Assembly: GCA_964619345.1 (NCBI GenBank)
Contig: CAZUER010000002.1
Span: forward strand, 15,011 to 79,010
Reading direction: 5' to 3'
DNA: 64,000 nucleotides
Origin: an uncultured Desulfohalobiaceae bacterium
Lineage (GTDB): Bacteria > Desulfobacterota > Desulfovibrionia > Desulfovibrionales > Desulfothermaceae
In this document: piece by piece, positions 1-9,679 of the stretch
Numbering within the stretch: the stretch's first letter is position 1
Layout of the letters: each line of letters begins with the position of its first letter
The notes under the pieces: model-generated
Told to the model about the DNA's origin: nothing
What the model saw: the letters and a program-made list of their open reading frames with translations, nothing else
Databases searched by the model: none
Position numbers and translations under genes: made by a program

Positions 1-115
1 GAAAGACATTACGGACAATGCTCTTCCCTGCATTTGGGACTGAGATGGTCAGGTCGTCAATGCTGATCACAGGGCGTAAAGAGGCCGGAGCTGTGGTATC
101 TTGGGTCTGTTTCAC
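1..115 (-). CDS. possible N-terminus of an ABC-type ATPase, truncated by the window edge
   Basis: The minus-strand frame from GTG 115-113 reads MKQTQDTTAPASLRPVISIDDLTISVPNAGKSIVRNVF, a typical ABC-ATPase opening. Only 38 codons are visible and there is no clear SD. Confidence 0.2.
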   Translation of the reverse strand, partial: MKQTQDTTAPASLRPVISIDDLTISVPNAGKSIVRNVF

Positions 116-242
116 AATAAAGCCTGCAAGACAGGGGGCATTTCCACCTAAAATGGAAGGAAATTGCAGTTTCAAGGAAAGGTACCAATGCACCTGCTTC
201 TGGTCCGCAGGCGCATTGTTACCTTTTCAACTGGGTATTGCC

Positions 243-2228
243 TCAGAATGCGTACTTGACCCCTGCATATAAGGTCCTTCCCGGTCTGGGCAGGGCGTAG
301 TTCTCTGCATAGGCTTCATCCAGGAGATTATCCACTCCGGCATAGACATCAAATCCGGAACCAAACAGAGTTTTTTGCACTTTGAGGTCCACAACCTGAT
401 AGGAATCCAAGGTAATGGTCTTAGATGGATCGACTTTGGAGAAATCGTATCGCTCTCCAACATACAGATACGAGGCGGAAATACGAGTATCAAAGGGGCA
501 GGCATAGGAGACCATTACTGAGACCTTGTTTTCTGGCCTGTTCTGCAGTTTACTGGAATTGCGGTCTGAGGAGCGATTTTCAGATTCTAGATAGGTATAG
601 GTGGCCTCAAAGTCCAGATTGGGCATAATTGTGGAACTGATCATGGCCTCGAGCCCTTGGAATCGATATTTGTCCTGGTTCTCGAACGGCTGATCATTGA
701 TGCTCTCAATAAAGTCTTGGGCATCGACGTGAAATACTGTCAAACCGAGGGTGGTCTGCCAGCCTGGGATATCCTGCTCCACACCGGCTTCATAGTGATA
801 GGTGGTTTCGGCTTGCAGGTCTTCATTGGCTTTATCGCCCTCGTAGAGCCGACGCAGGGACGGAAACCGAATTTTGCGGGCATGGTTCAATTTGAGCCTG
901 GTCTCATCGGTCACATCAAAGTACGTGCCAAGCTGGTAGCTGTAATCGCTTTCGCTCTCTCCGTTGTGCTTCTCTTGTCTATGCCAGCCGAGACCGGCCA
1001 CAAGGCCCAACCGATTGATCGGAGTGACTTCATATTGCAGGGAGGAGGACCACAAGTCGTTGGTTTTGTCCAGCTCAGTTATTTGGCTTTTTTTGAAGTT
1101 TTCCTCTTTGCTGTCCCAATTTCCATGCTCAGCGGAATAGGCTAGGGTGGCTACGCCCAGATCGTTCAGATCATAGCCCAGCTGACCAGCCAAGCCGAAC
1201 CTGGTGGTTGTGCTGTCCGTTCGTTTTCCTTTTTTTTGGGTGGTATAGGTCCGATCATCATATCGGTCTACTGTCTCATCGAGCTTGGTGGCAAATCCCC
1301 AGGTGCGAATAGAAAGAGGAGAGTCAAAGTCATGACTCAGAACGAGCTGGCCACCGATGCCTGTCCGGTCGTTGACCCGTTCATACGTGAGCCGGTCGAA
1401 ATCACCTTTTTTGAATTTGGCGTCAGTGTATTCATCCAGAAAGACTTCGTGTGGCCGTCCGTACTCTCCTTTTTCGAAGTCCACGTTCAAGCCGATTTGG
1501 GTTCGCTGGGTAGGTGTCAGTTCCATGCTGGCGAAGAAGGAACTTCGTTCACGATCACTGTTCTCCCGAACGTCCCCACCTTCCAAATTGGAATCATAAT
1601 CAGCGTCGTCGGCCAAGGGATATCCGTCTTGATCCAGGGAACTGCCGCTTACAAAGAAATTGCCTTTCTCGTTGCGCATCGAAAAAGTGCCTTGCCCTAA
1701 ATAGGTATCTTCTTCAGCTGCCTGCACAGATGCGGAACCGTGCACCCCTTGGGCACCACGTTTGGTGATGATGTTGATTACCCCGGCATTGCCACCGGAT
1801 CCATAGAGGACTGAGCCCCCACCCCGGGTGACTTTGATCCGCGCGATATTTTCCACGGGAATAAAGCTGGGATCGAATTGATTGTCATAACTTGAATTGA
1901 TAGGAACGCCATTGAGCAAAAGCTCGACCTGCCTGGTCCGCATGCCACGCATATCAATGCGTGGAACCCCTTTCTTCCCTCTGCGGACATAAATGCCGGG
2001 AACCAAATCCAAAGCCTCGTCCAGGCTTTTGGCATTGGTCCTTTGAATTTCCTCGGCTGTGACCACCTGGACTGTGCCCACAGCTTCAGAGATGGATCTT
2101 GGACTGGATACAACGATTTCTCCAAGCTCGAAGATGTCATCTGACGGATCCTGTGCGTAAACCGTTACCGCTAACAGGGCCAGGAAACAGCCAGCCGCGA
2201 GTCCTTTCATGGTCAGGGTTCTGTTCAT
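243..2228 (-). CDS. TonB-dependent outer-membrane receptor
   Basis: I place the start at ATG 2228 (GGAGGA just upstream) rather than at the ORF-track start. This gives the signal peptide MNRTLTMKGLAAGCFLALLAVTVYA. Plug motifs are present (VVTAEEIQR, DEALDLVPGIYV, RIDMRGM, LLLNGVPIN). The beta-barrel ends in ...LYAGVKYAF with a terminal Phe. Confidence 0.9.
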   Translation of the reverse strand: MNRTLTMKGLAAGCFLALLAVTVYAQDPSDDIFELGEIVVSSPRSISEAVGTVQVVTAEEIQRTNAKSLDEALDLVPGIYVRRGKKGVPRIDMRGMRTRQVELLLNGVPINSSYDNQFDPSFIPVENIARIKVTRGGGSVLYGSGGNAGVINIITKRGAQGVHGSASVQAAEEDTYLGQGTFSMRNEKGNFFVSGSSLDQDGYPLADDADYDSNLEGGDVRENSDRERSSFFASMELTPTQRTQIGLNVDFEKGEYGRPHEVFLDEYTDAKFKKGDFDRLTYERVNDRTGIGGQLVLSHDFDSPLSIRTWGFATKLDETVDRYDDRTYTTQKKGKRTDSTTTRFGLAGQLGYDLNDLGVATLAYSAEHGNWDSKEENFKKSQITELDKTNDLWSSSLQYEVTPINRLGLVAGLGWHRQEKHNGESESDYSYQLGTYFDVTDETRLKLNHARKIRFPSLRRLYEGDKANEDLQAETTYHYEAGVEQDIPGWQTTLGLTVFHVDAQDFIESINDQPFENQDKYRFQGLEAMISSTIMPNLDFEATYTYLESENRSSDRNSSKLQNRPENKVSVMVSYACPFDTRISASYLYVGERYDFSKVDPSKTITLDSYQVVDLKVQKTLFGSGFDVYAGVDNLLDEAYAENYALPRPGRTLYAGVKYAF

Positions 2229-2462
2229 GTGTCCTCCTTGTGGATGGTACGTGCTGAAGGGAGGGGCATAATATGAACTTTGACATGTGTCAAATGTGAC
2301 AAATACCTGTTTTATTATTAGATTAAAATACAAGTTGTTTCCTCTCAACAGGTGGAAATTTAAGCATACATATCAACCTAAATTATTAGTATATATGTAA
2401 TGTTAAGTAGCTTCAAGATCATACTATCCATGTCAGACTGAATGGGTCGGGAATAGGCAAGC

Positions 2463-2491
2463 TTGACATATCCATGACTGGTCAATAATAT
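2463..2491 (+). promoter_or_regulatory. sigma70-like promoter upstream of the oxyanion-uptake operon
   Basis: TTGACA (2463-2468), a 17-nt spacer, then TAATAT (2486-2491). It lies about 150 nt upstream of the 2639 start. Confidence 0.45.
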
Positions 2492-2638
2492 TGTAATTTT
2501 CTTAATCTACTTTTCCCGCTGAAGCTCCATCTGTGACAGTATTTCCCTACGATTTACTCTGTTTTATGTGGGGTAGCAGATTGAGTTGGTGTTGGAAATC
2601 CCGTTGATGATGAAAATGAAAAACCAAAGGAGGTCCTT

Positions 2639-3514
2639 ATGCGCTGGAATGTGTATCTGTTGTTTTTGTTCAGTGTGTTTTTACTTTTGGCTGGCGGATC
2701 ATCTCAGTCCATTGCTCAAGAGAATGTGCAGTTCAACGCCGTCTATGGGCAGGGAGATCAGGTTCTACGTGTTGCCACCGGAAGCCCCGGTGCTTTGGGG
2801 CTGCTCAAGGCAATCGGTCTGCCTTTCTGCAGGGAGAACGACTGCAGGATCAAGTGGCTGAAGCGGGGGAGCGGAGCCTCGTTGCAGGCCTTGAAGGATG
2901 GACAGGTGGATGTGGTCATGGTCCATGCCCCGCAAGCTGAACAGGAAGCGGTGGAGCAGGGATGGGCCACAGGCAGGACTCTGCTGGGCAGCAATCAGTT
3001 TTTTATTGTCGGCCCTGCAACCGATCCGGCCCAGATCAGAACCGCGGGTTCTGCTGCTGAGGCGTATGCCATGATCGCCAAGGCCAAGACCCCCTTTTTC
3101 TCCCGGGCGGACAACTCCGGAACGCATAAAAAGGAGATGCATATCTGGGAGCTGGCCGGGATTGAGCCTCAGGGCGAGTGGTACAAAAAGACCCATGACT
3201 TCATGGGGCCGACCCTGATGAAGGCTGATAAGAACTCAGGCTACTTCATGACCGACTCCAGCACCTTTATGGTCAAAGAGGCCAGGCTGGAAAATCTGGC
3301 CGTCCTGTTCAAGGACGATCCCATACTGATCAATGTCTACCATGCCTTGATGGGCAATCCGCAGAAGCTGCCGGGGACCAACGATGCCCTGGCCCGGAAG
3401 TTTCTGCGGCACATCGGTTTTGGTTCGGGACAGGAGGCGTATCGCACATTTGGTCTGGAGCAGTACGGGCAGCCCTTGTACAAGGACGCCTTTGAGGCCC
3501 AAAAGTACCATTAA
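2639..3514 (+). CDS. periplasmic oxyanion-binding protein, divergent TupA (tungstate-binding) family
   Basis: SD AAGGAGG at 2627-2633 and a signal peptide. [23 protein letters not shown] and FFIVGP follow the TupA/PBP-like pattern. The N-terminal anion-binding stretch reads ATGSPGALG rather than the Thr/Ser-rich motif I recall for TupA. Confidence 0.7.
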   Translation: MRWNVYLLFLFSVFLLLAGGSSQSIAQENVQFNAVYGQGDQVLRVATGSPGALGLLKAIGLPFCRENDCRIKWLKRGSGASLQALKDGQVDVVMVHAPQAEQEAVEQGWATGRTLLGSNQFFIVGPATDPAQIRTAGSAAEAYAMIAKAKTPFFSRADNSGTHKKEMHIWELAGIEPQGEWYKKTHDFMGPTLMKADKNSGYFMTDSSTFMVKEARLENLAVLFKDDPILINVYHALMGNPQKLPGTNDALARKFLRHIGFGSGQEAYRTFGLEQYGQPLYKDAFEAQKYH

Positions 3515-3540
3515 ACCTCATTTTCAAAAGGAGGAATGTT

Positions 3541-4515
3541 ATGCATACGAGAGTATCATCGATTTTTGCTCTGTGTCTGGGTGGATTGCTTGTGCTTTGC
3601 TCAGGGCAGGCCCTGGCCAAGGAGAAGCTGGTCATCTTCCATGCCGGCAGCCTGGCTGTACCCATGGAAAAAATGGAGAAGGAGTTTGAACAAAACCATC
3701 CCCAAATCGATGTTCAGAGGGAGGTCGGTGGAAGCACCAAGATGGCCCGGATGATCTCCGAGGTGGGAAAGCCGGCGGATATCATGGCCTCAGCCGACTA
3801 TAAGGTTATCGACAACAACCTTATCCCTGAGCATGCTACCTGGAACATCCGTTTTGCCAGCAATGAGCTGGTTTTGACCTATACAGATCAAAGCCGCTAT
3901 GCAGACGAAATAGATTCCAAGAATTGGTATGAGATATTGCAGCGCAAGGATGTCGAATGGGGACATTCCGACCCCAATTTAGATCCCTGCGGCTATCGGG
4001 CTTTGATGGTCCTGCAGCTGACTGAGAAATTCTACGGCATTGATGGACTGTATGAAGATCTCTTGGCCAATCGGCCCAAAAAGAACATCCGCCCCAAGTC
4101 CGTAGAGCTGGTCAATCTCCTCAAGTCAGGTCACATGGATTATGCATGGGAATATCTATCTGTGGCTGTGCAGCACGATTTGCAATACATAACCCTGGAC
4201 GAGCATATCAATCTGGGCAACTACAAATATGATCCCTTCTACAAGCAGGCCAATGTGGAAGTTACGGGTAAGGAGCCGGGAACAACGATTACCAAACAGG
4301 GCAAGTCCATCACCTACGGGGTGACTATGACCGATGATGCAGCCCATCCGGAAGCTGCCGTGGCTTTTTTGCAATATATGCTCAATGACCAGGGCGGCTT
4401 GCAAATATTAAAGGAAATGGGGCAACCGCCTTTTGTACCGGCCAGGATTCCTGATCAGGGCATGCTTGAGGCCCTGCCTGAAGAACTCAAAGACCTGGTT
4501 GTGGTCAAGAAATAA
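3541..4515 (+). CDS. wtpA: WtpA-type tungstate/molybdate ABC transporter substrate-binding protein
   Basis: SD AAGGAGG and a signal peptide. [43 protein letters not shown] and YGVTM closely follow archaeal WtpA. Confidence 0.85.
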   Translation: MHTRVSSIFALCLGGLLVLCSGQALAKEKLVIFHAGSLAVPMEKMEKEFEQNHPQIDVQREVGGSTKMARMISEVGKPADIMASADYKVIDNNLIPEHATWNIRFASNELVLTYTDQSRYADEIDSKNWYEILQRKDVEWGHSDPNLDPCGYRALMVLQLTEKFYGIDGLYEDLLANRPKKNIRPKSVELVNLLKSGHMDYAWEYLSVAVQHDLQYITLDEHINLGNYKYDPFYKQANVEVTGKEPGTTITKQGKSITYGVTMTDDAAHPEAAVAFLQYMLNDQGGLQILKEMGQPPFVPARIPDQGMLEALPEELKDLVVVKK

Positions 4516-4521
4516 AATGAA

Positions 4522-4552
4522 GGCGAGTGCAACACGAGGTGTTGCACTCGCC
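4522..4552 (+). repeat. family-A-type hairpin (variant) directly after the wtpA stop
   Basis: GGCGAGTGCAACAC-GAG-GTGTTGCACTCGCC forms a 14-bp stem starting 7 nt after the stop codon. It is followed by TGAGGTCGG, which resembles the TCAGAGGTCAG tract of the other copies. Confidence 0.6.
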
Positions 4553-4622
4553 TGAGGTCGGCTTTGCCTTCGGCAAATCTGACATATTTTTTGCCCCCAA
4601 GCGAGCAAAAAAGGGAAAAGTT

Positions 4623-4694
4623 GCCGGATTGATCACGATGAAACGTGTAGCGGGGATGCTGGAATACCCAAAAGGGCGACTGCCAGTCGCCCTT
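4623..4694 (+). repeat. family-B dispersed repeat (about 72 nt), copy 1
   Basis: Its reverse complement matches 34814-34886 at roughly 85% identity by eye. It contains the hairpin AAGGGCGACTG-C-CAGTCGCCCTT. Confidence 0.7.
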
Positions 4695-4795
4695 ACGAAT
4701 TGTTCGATACCCACTATGTAAAAATCAATACCGTCACTTTGATTGCAAAATTAAATCGGATTGTTGCATCAAATTCTGGGAGTAGGACATAAAAT

Positions 4796-5596
4796 ATGCA
4801 TTCCATCTCTCGGGGATGGTTTTCCCCTCTCTTGTTCTTTTTGAGCCTTCCCTTTCTCCTGCTCATCACCGCCCCCCTGGGCCAGTTGCTGACTTCCTCA
4901 GGGATCGAAGACCTGTTGCAGACTATCAGGGATCCCCAGGTACTGAAGGCCATTGGCCGAAGCCTGGGAAGCTCGCTGACCGCGGCTCTCCTGTGTCTAT
5001 TCCTGGGCACACCTCTGAGCTATCTTCTGGCCAGGCGGCTGTTTCCAGGCCGGCGCCTGGTGGAAGGTCTGGTGGACCTGCCCATCATGATTCCTCATCC
5101 GGTGATTGGAATTGCCATTTTGAGCCTGGCCGGACGGTATCATCCCTTCGGCCGTTTTCTCAGCGAGATTGGAATTCAAATAATGGGTTCATATGTTGGG
5201 ATAATCACTGTACTTACTTTTGTCGGTCTCCCCTTTTATGTGAACACGGTCAAGAGTGGGTTTGAAGCCATCCCAGTCAGGTTGGAAAAGGCTTCCAGGA
5301 GCCTGGGCGCGGGCATGGCCTCTACTTTTGTCCGGATCACCCTGCCCCTAGCCTGGCGGAGCATGGTTTTGGGCATGGTCATGTGCACGGCCAGGGCCAT
5401 CAGTGAGTTCGGAGCCATAGCCATTGTGGCCTATCACCCCATGACCGCCCCGGTTCTCATCTACGAACGTTTCACCGCCTATGGCCTGCAGTACTCGCAA
5501 CCGGTGGCAGTCTGGCTCATTATCATCTCCTTTTTCCTGTTTGTCCTCATGCGCCTTTTTTCCAGGTCCAAGGATACCGTATATGCTGGAAATTGA
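4796..5596 (+). CDS. wtpB: ABC transporter permease (WtpB/ModB-like)
   Basis: Multi-TM protein with a permease EAA-like loop (LEKASRSLGAGMASTFVRITLPL). It follows wtpA and overlaps the ATPase gene. Confidence 0.85.
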   Translation: MHSISRGWFSPLLFFLSLPFLLLITAPLGQLLTSSGIEDLLQTIRDPQVLKAIGRSLGSSLTAALLCLFLGTPLSYLLARRLFPGRRLVEGLVDLPIMIPHPVIGIAILSLAGRYHPFGRFLSEIGIQIMGSYVGIITVLTFVGLPFYVNTVKSGFEAIPVRLEKASRSLGAGMASTFVRITLPLAWRSMVLGMVMCTARAISEFGAIAIVAYHPMTAPVLIYERFTAYGLQYSQPVAVWLIIISFFLFVLMRLFSRSKDTVYAGN

Positions 5597-6644
5597 TTCG
5601 GTCTCCGTATTTTTGCCAGGCTTTTCACTGCAAGACATCTCATTTTCAGTCCAGCCTTCAGACTTTTTTGCCCTCCTGGGTCCCACTGGCTCCGGAAAAT
5701 CCATCCTTCTGGAAGCCACTATGGGGCTTTTGCCAGTAACCAAAGGGACAATCAGGGTTTCAGGGCAGGACATTTCCAGATACCCACCTGAATCACGAAA
5801 GCTGGGTCTGGTGTATCAGGACCATGCCCTGTTTCCGCACCTAAGCGTTCAAGAAAACCTTCTCTACGGGGTCAAATATCATCATATTCCAAGCCCTGTC
5901 CGGGACTCCCGTTTTGATTTGCTTGTGGACCGGCTGAAGCTCAAAGACCTTCTGCACCGCAGTCCGACCACCTTAAGCGGCGGGGAAAAGCAACGCACCG
6001 CACTGGCCAGATCCCTCATGCTCAATCCCCGGGCCCTCCTTTTGGACGAACCACTTTCCGCCCTGGATCAAATGTTCCGCGACGACGCCAGACGTCTGCT
6101 GAAAACTCTGCATCAGGAGCTGGGCATCCCTTTTATCCTGGTCTCGCACAGCTTTTCCGAAGTCCTTTTTCTGGCCAACAAGGGGGCGATCATCAAACAA
6201 GGCCAAATGCAACAATTAGGAAATATAGAAGATCTTTTTGAACGCCCACAGTCGTCATTTGTGGCCTCTTTCGTGGGCATGAGCAATGTCTTTCCCTGCC
6301 AGGTATCCAAGCAAATTGCCAAGGTCAATGGATTCGTATTTCACACCAGGCCCAGTGCGAAGGCAGAGCATACCCATCTGGCTGTCAGGCCTGAAGAGAT
6401 ACGGCTGGCCGCTTTGGAAACAACAGCTTATGAAAATAGTCTGAGCGGACGGATTACCCAGCTTGACTGCCAGGGTTTCTATTACCGGGTGGAGATCATG
6501 GTCCACAACACGGTATTTCAGGCCTTCTGGACCAGGCATACGGTGGAAGAGGAGAGGATTCACACTGGGAAGGAGGTGAAAATAGCCTTTCCAGCCTCAG
6601 TGGTGCATACGTTTGCCGAGCCACAGCCAGACTCGTATGAATAA
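5583..6644 (+). CDS. wtpC: ABC transporter ATP-binding protein (WtpC/ModC-like) with a C-terminal TOBE-like region
   Basis: I place the start at ATG 5583 (MLEIDSV...), overlapping the permease stop. Walker A GPTGSGKS, signature LSGGEKQR and Walker B LLLDEP are present. Confidence 0.85.
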   Translation: MLEIDSVSVFLPGFSLQDISFSVQPSDFFALLGPTGSGKSILLEATMGLLPVTKGTIRVSGQDISRYPPESRKLGLVYQDHALFPHLSVQENLLYGVKYHHIPSPVRDSRFDLLVDRLKLKDLLHRSPTTLSGGEKQRTALARSLMLNPRALLLDEPLSALDQMFRDDARRLLKTLHQELGIPFILVSHSFSEVLFLANKGAIIKQGQMQQLGNIEDLFERPQSSFVASFVGMSNVFPCQVSKQIAKVNGFVFHTRPSAKAEHTHLAVRPEEIRLAALETTAYENSLSGRITQLDCQGFYYRVEIMVHNTVFQAFWTRHTVEEERIHTGKEVKIAFPASVVHTFAEPQPDSYE

Positions 6645-6742
6645 CACATAGCAGGTGGCCAATACCGAATTGCCGGCGGGGGAGGCTCAGATCAAGCTCA
6701 GCAATTTCGGCCTGTTCCTGAGCTGCAGCATATATAGTTGCC

Positions 6743-7126
6743 TTACTCGACATCATGCTGATGACCGCCTTCCAGGGCATCTTTGATAACAGATGCAAAG
6801 ACTTCGTCACATTCAGAGACAACCAGAGTATTCACTCTCCTGAAGCGCTTCATCAGATCTTCTGCTTCCGGTGTCAGACGTGATCCGGTACTTCCCTTGA
6901 TGAGCAAGGGCATACCTAAACGACGTTCTGTGGCTGTAATTCTGGCCCACAAGGCCTTGTAGCTCATGTTCAGCTCCTTAGCAGCAGCCATGAGTGATCC
7001 TAAGCGCTGTACCGCGTCCAGAATACGATACCGTCCAGATCCGAACACGACCTCACCGTGTGCATCTTCTATCCAAACCTTCGAGCGTACCGTAAATGGT
7101 CCTGGGTTGTTTTTTTGCATGTTCAT
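6743..7126 (-). CDS. ModE N-terminal-domain-like winged-helix regulator (no TOBE/molybdate-binding domain)
   Basis: FGSGRYRILDAVQRLGSLMAAAKELNMSYKALWARI...RLTPEAEDLM follows the ModE N-terminal DNA-binding domain. The protein is only 127 aa, so the C-terminal oxyanion-sensing half is absent. Confidence 0.7.
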   Translation of the reverse strand: MNMQKNNPGPFTVRSKVWIEDAHGEVVFGSGRYRILDAVQRLGSLMAAAKELNMSYKALWARITATERRLGMPLLIKGSTGSRLTPEAEDLMKRFRRVNTLVVSECDEVFASVIKDALEGGHQHDVE

Positions 7127-7522
7127 ATATCATCCTTGACATAAGTATTGGAACAAAGTATTTCATTTGCAACCAGCTGGTTAGACACTTTGGCAGGCTC
7201 GGATCAACGAAGCTGTTCCGCCTGTAGTGGGCAGATTGTATGTCATTTTTGACATAACTAAGTGTGCACACCCTATGTTCTGTCCGTTCTGAATACAAAA
7301 CGCTGGATGATCTTTAGGGCAATTTCCTGGTGCACACATGTATTGTGCCTATGGGCTCGGGCTTGTCAAGCTAAAGGCTGGAGAAAATCTGTTTGGGCAT
7401 TGTGCTGTAGGTTATCTCCGGGGTCCAGATGAGCTCGAACACTTTTGAGAAGGAAGGGTAAGGGACAGAATTGGTTTGAGTCTTTGGCAAGGTATTGCAA
7501 TCAGGTGCAAAAGGAGGAAGGT

Positions 7523-9604
7523 ATGCGCAGCACAAGAGTGGCAATGGTGATAGGGTGCCTGGTGATTTCGCTCTGCCCGGGATGGGTGCTGGCTCAGCCT
7601 GCATCTGAACCAGCTTTTCGTCTGGGCGAGGTGGTGGTGACCGGGGAGAGGCCAGGAGTGAAAGACATTGCCATAAGCACGGAGATGACCAGTCAGGAGA
7701 TCGAGGCCACCGGTAGCAAGACTTTGGCTGAGGCTTTACGGTTTGCTCCCGGCATCACCGTAACCAGGGGGGCCAAAAATGAGCCGGAAATCTCCATCCA
7801 CGGTTTTGGGACCGAGAAGTCCTTATTCCTTATAGATGGCATTCCCTATTACGAGACGTACTATGGCAAGTTAAACCTGGATCAAATTCCTTCAGAGATC
7901 ATCTCCAAGATCGAGATCACCAAAAACGCTCCTTCAGTCCTCTACGGAGCCAATACCCAGATTGCGGTTATCAATGTGGTCACCAAGCAGGGCACAGAAG
8001 AACCCAGTTTCAACTTCACCCAGGAAGTAGGGGAAAACGATACGTATCGCACTATCTTGTCTCATGGAAATCAGATCGGTTTGGTCAACTACTGGCTGAG
8101 CTACAGCCGGCGGGAAACCGACGGATGGAGGATGTCCGATGATTACGACCCGGTACTGGCTCAGCCGGCCCGTCCCTTTATGGGCGATCCCCTGGTCACT
8201 GAAGACGGGGGCTTCAGGAACAACGCGGACCTGGAGCAGGACTCATTGTGGGGCAGGATCGGGGTCATCCCCAGCCAAGATTCAGAGTACTTTATCAGCG
8301 CCTACATGATCCAGGCCGAGAAAGGCATGCCCTTCAACACCGAAGAATACAGAGTCTTCACCACCCGCGGCGATGATGCCGGATTCTCCAATCTGGCCCG
8401 CTTTGAAAACTACGATGACTGGGGTATTGATTTCAGCGGCAAGCAAAAGTTCCTTCCCTGGATGACCTTGCGGGGCAAGCTCTTTTATCATGATCACACC
8501 GACGACTATGTTTCATACACTGACCCGGATCTGAACGACAAGATCGCCACCAGCACTTTTGAAGACAGCTATTATGGAGGATCGCTCTTTGCAGACATTG
8601 AAGCCCTTGACTGGCATATCGGACATTTTGCCGTCCATTATAAAATAGACACCCACGAGGATCGGGCAGGAAAGAATCTGCCTTTCAACGTGTTTAGGTC
8701 CTCCACTGGCTCGGTGGCCACCGAGCATGAATTCTTTGCCGATTTTGGCCTGACGGCGGTTGTCGGTGCAAGTTATGACTGGTTCGAGGTTACCGACGCC
8801 GAAGAGACTTTTTTTGACGACGATGACCTCTTTGCCGGTCAAAGGGAATTGGAGGACGCGGATCCAGATGCTGAGTTCAACCCCATGGCTGGTTTGAACT
8901 GGGAACTGCCGGATACCACCAGGCTGTACGGTTCAGTAGCTAAAAAGACCAGATTTCCGACCTTGAACCAGCTGTACTCAGGACGTTCAGGCAATCCTGA
9001 CCTGACCTCAGAGCAGAGCATCAACTATACTCTTGGAGTGCGGCGCTCTTTTTCCGATCTCGTTCATTTGCGGGTGGAAGGCTTTCACCACGACATCTCA
9101 GACTGGATCTCCAGGGATTACTATGAAGATGATTTTACCGGAGAAGCCGTCTACATCAATGTTGAAGACGTGGACATGTATGGATTCGAATTGGGTGTTG
9201 AGTTGACTCCCGTGCAGAACATGAGTGTGAAGCTGGACTATACGTACAACGATGCAGAAAATACCAGCCCCAAGGCTGTGACCGATAAGGTGGCCGGAGT
9301 TCCGGAAAACAAGTATGTCCTGTCTCTATCGGCCCTTATCCCCATGATCGAGACTCAGCTCGATGTGCAAGGGATCTATGTAGATAAGATATACGAGGAT
9401 CTGCCCACAACTGAAGATCCGGATCGGGAAATGACCCATGCCGGCAGTTACTTCACTGTGAATGCCCGCCTCTCCAAGGAAATAGGCAAGCACTTTGCAG
9501 CCTATATCGAATGCGAAAATCTGTTTGACGAAGATTATGAATCGGAAATCGGCTTTCCCGGACCGGGAAGAAACGCTTTACTGGGCCTGAAAGCCAGCTT
9601 CTAA
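7523..9604 (+). CDS. TonB-dependent outer-membrane receptor
   Basis: I place the start at ATG 7523 (AAGGAGGAAG upstream). This gives the signal peptide MRSTRVAMVIGCLVISLCPGWVLA. Plug motifs are EVVVTGER, LAEALRFAPGITV, ISIHGFG, FLIDGIPYYE and KIEITKNAPSVLYGAN. The C-terminus is ...LLGLKASF. Confidence 0.9.
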   Translation: MRSTRVAMVIGCLVISLCPGWVLAQPASEPAFRLGEVVVTGERPGVKDIAISTEMTSQEIEATGSKTLAEALRFAPGITVTRGAKNEPEISIHGFGTEKSLFLIDGIPYYETYYGKLNLDQIPSEIISKIEITKNAPSVLYGANTQIAVINVVTKQGTEEPSFNFTQEVGENDTYRTILSHGNQIGLVNYWLSYSRRETDGWRMSDDYDPVLAQPARPFMGDPLVTEDGGFRNNADLEQDSLWGRIGVIPSQDSEYFISAYMIQAEKGMPFNTEEYRVFTTRGDDAGFSNLARFENYDDWGIDFSGKQKFLPWMTLRGKLFYHDHTDDYVSYTDPDLNDKIATSTFEDSYYGGSLFADIEALDWHIGHFAVHYKIDTHEDRAGKNLPFNVFRSSTGSVATEHEFFADFGLTAVVGASYDWFEVTDAEETFFDDDDLFAGQRELEDADPDAEFNPMAGLNWELPDTTRLYGSVAKKTRFPTLNQLYSGRSGNPDLTSEQSINYTLGVRRSFSDLVHLRVEGFHHDISDWISRDYYEDDFTGEAVYINVEDVDMYGFELGVELTPVQNMSVKLDYTYNDAENTSPKAVTDKVAGVPENKYVLSLSALIPMIETQLDVQGIYVDKIYEDLPTTEDPDREMTHAGSYFTVNARLSKEIGKHFAAYIECENLFDEDYESEIGFPGPGRNALLGLKASF

Positions 9605-9679
9605 AGATGTGGACCACTTTGGGGTTCGCATCTTTAGTTATTGTTTGCAATATCCAATTGAACGCCAAGCGTATGTCTT

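Noticed and set aside
7493-7507. Sigma54-type promoter TGGCAAGGTATTGCA just upstream of the receptor gene
   Set aside because: The GG-to-GC spacing is one nucleotide shorter than the canonical GG-N10-GC, and it lies only about 15 nt from the start codon. Other TGGCAC/TGGCAT hits (23173, 53085, 53123, 55654) lack a TTGC at the right spacing.
7300-7522. Cobalamin or Moco/Tuco riboswitch in the leader of the second TonB-dependent receptor, and likewise at 2350-2638 upstream of the binding-protein gene
   Set aside because: AGGGCAAUUUCCUGGUGCAC and AUCUCCGGGGUCC superficially recall the GGGAA..GGUG and CUCCGAGCC cores. The B12 box and the conserved Moco AAAGGA/terminal helices are not there.
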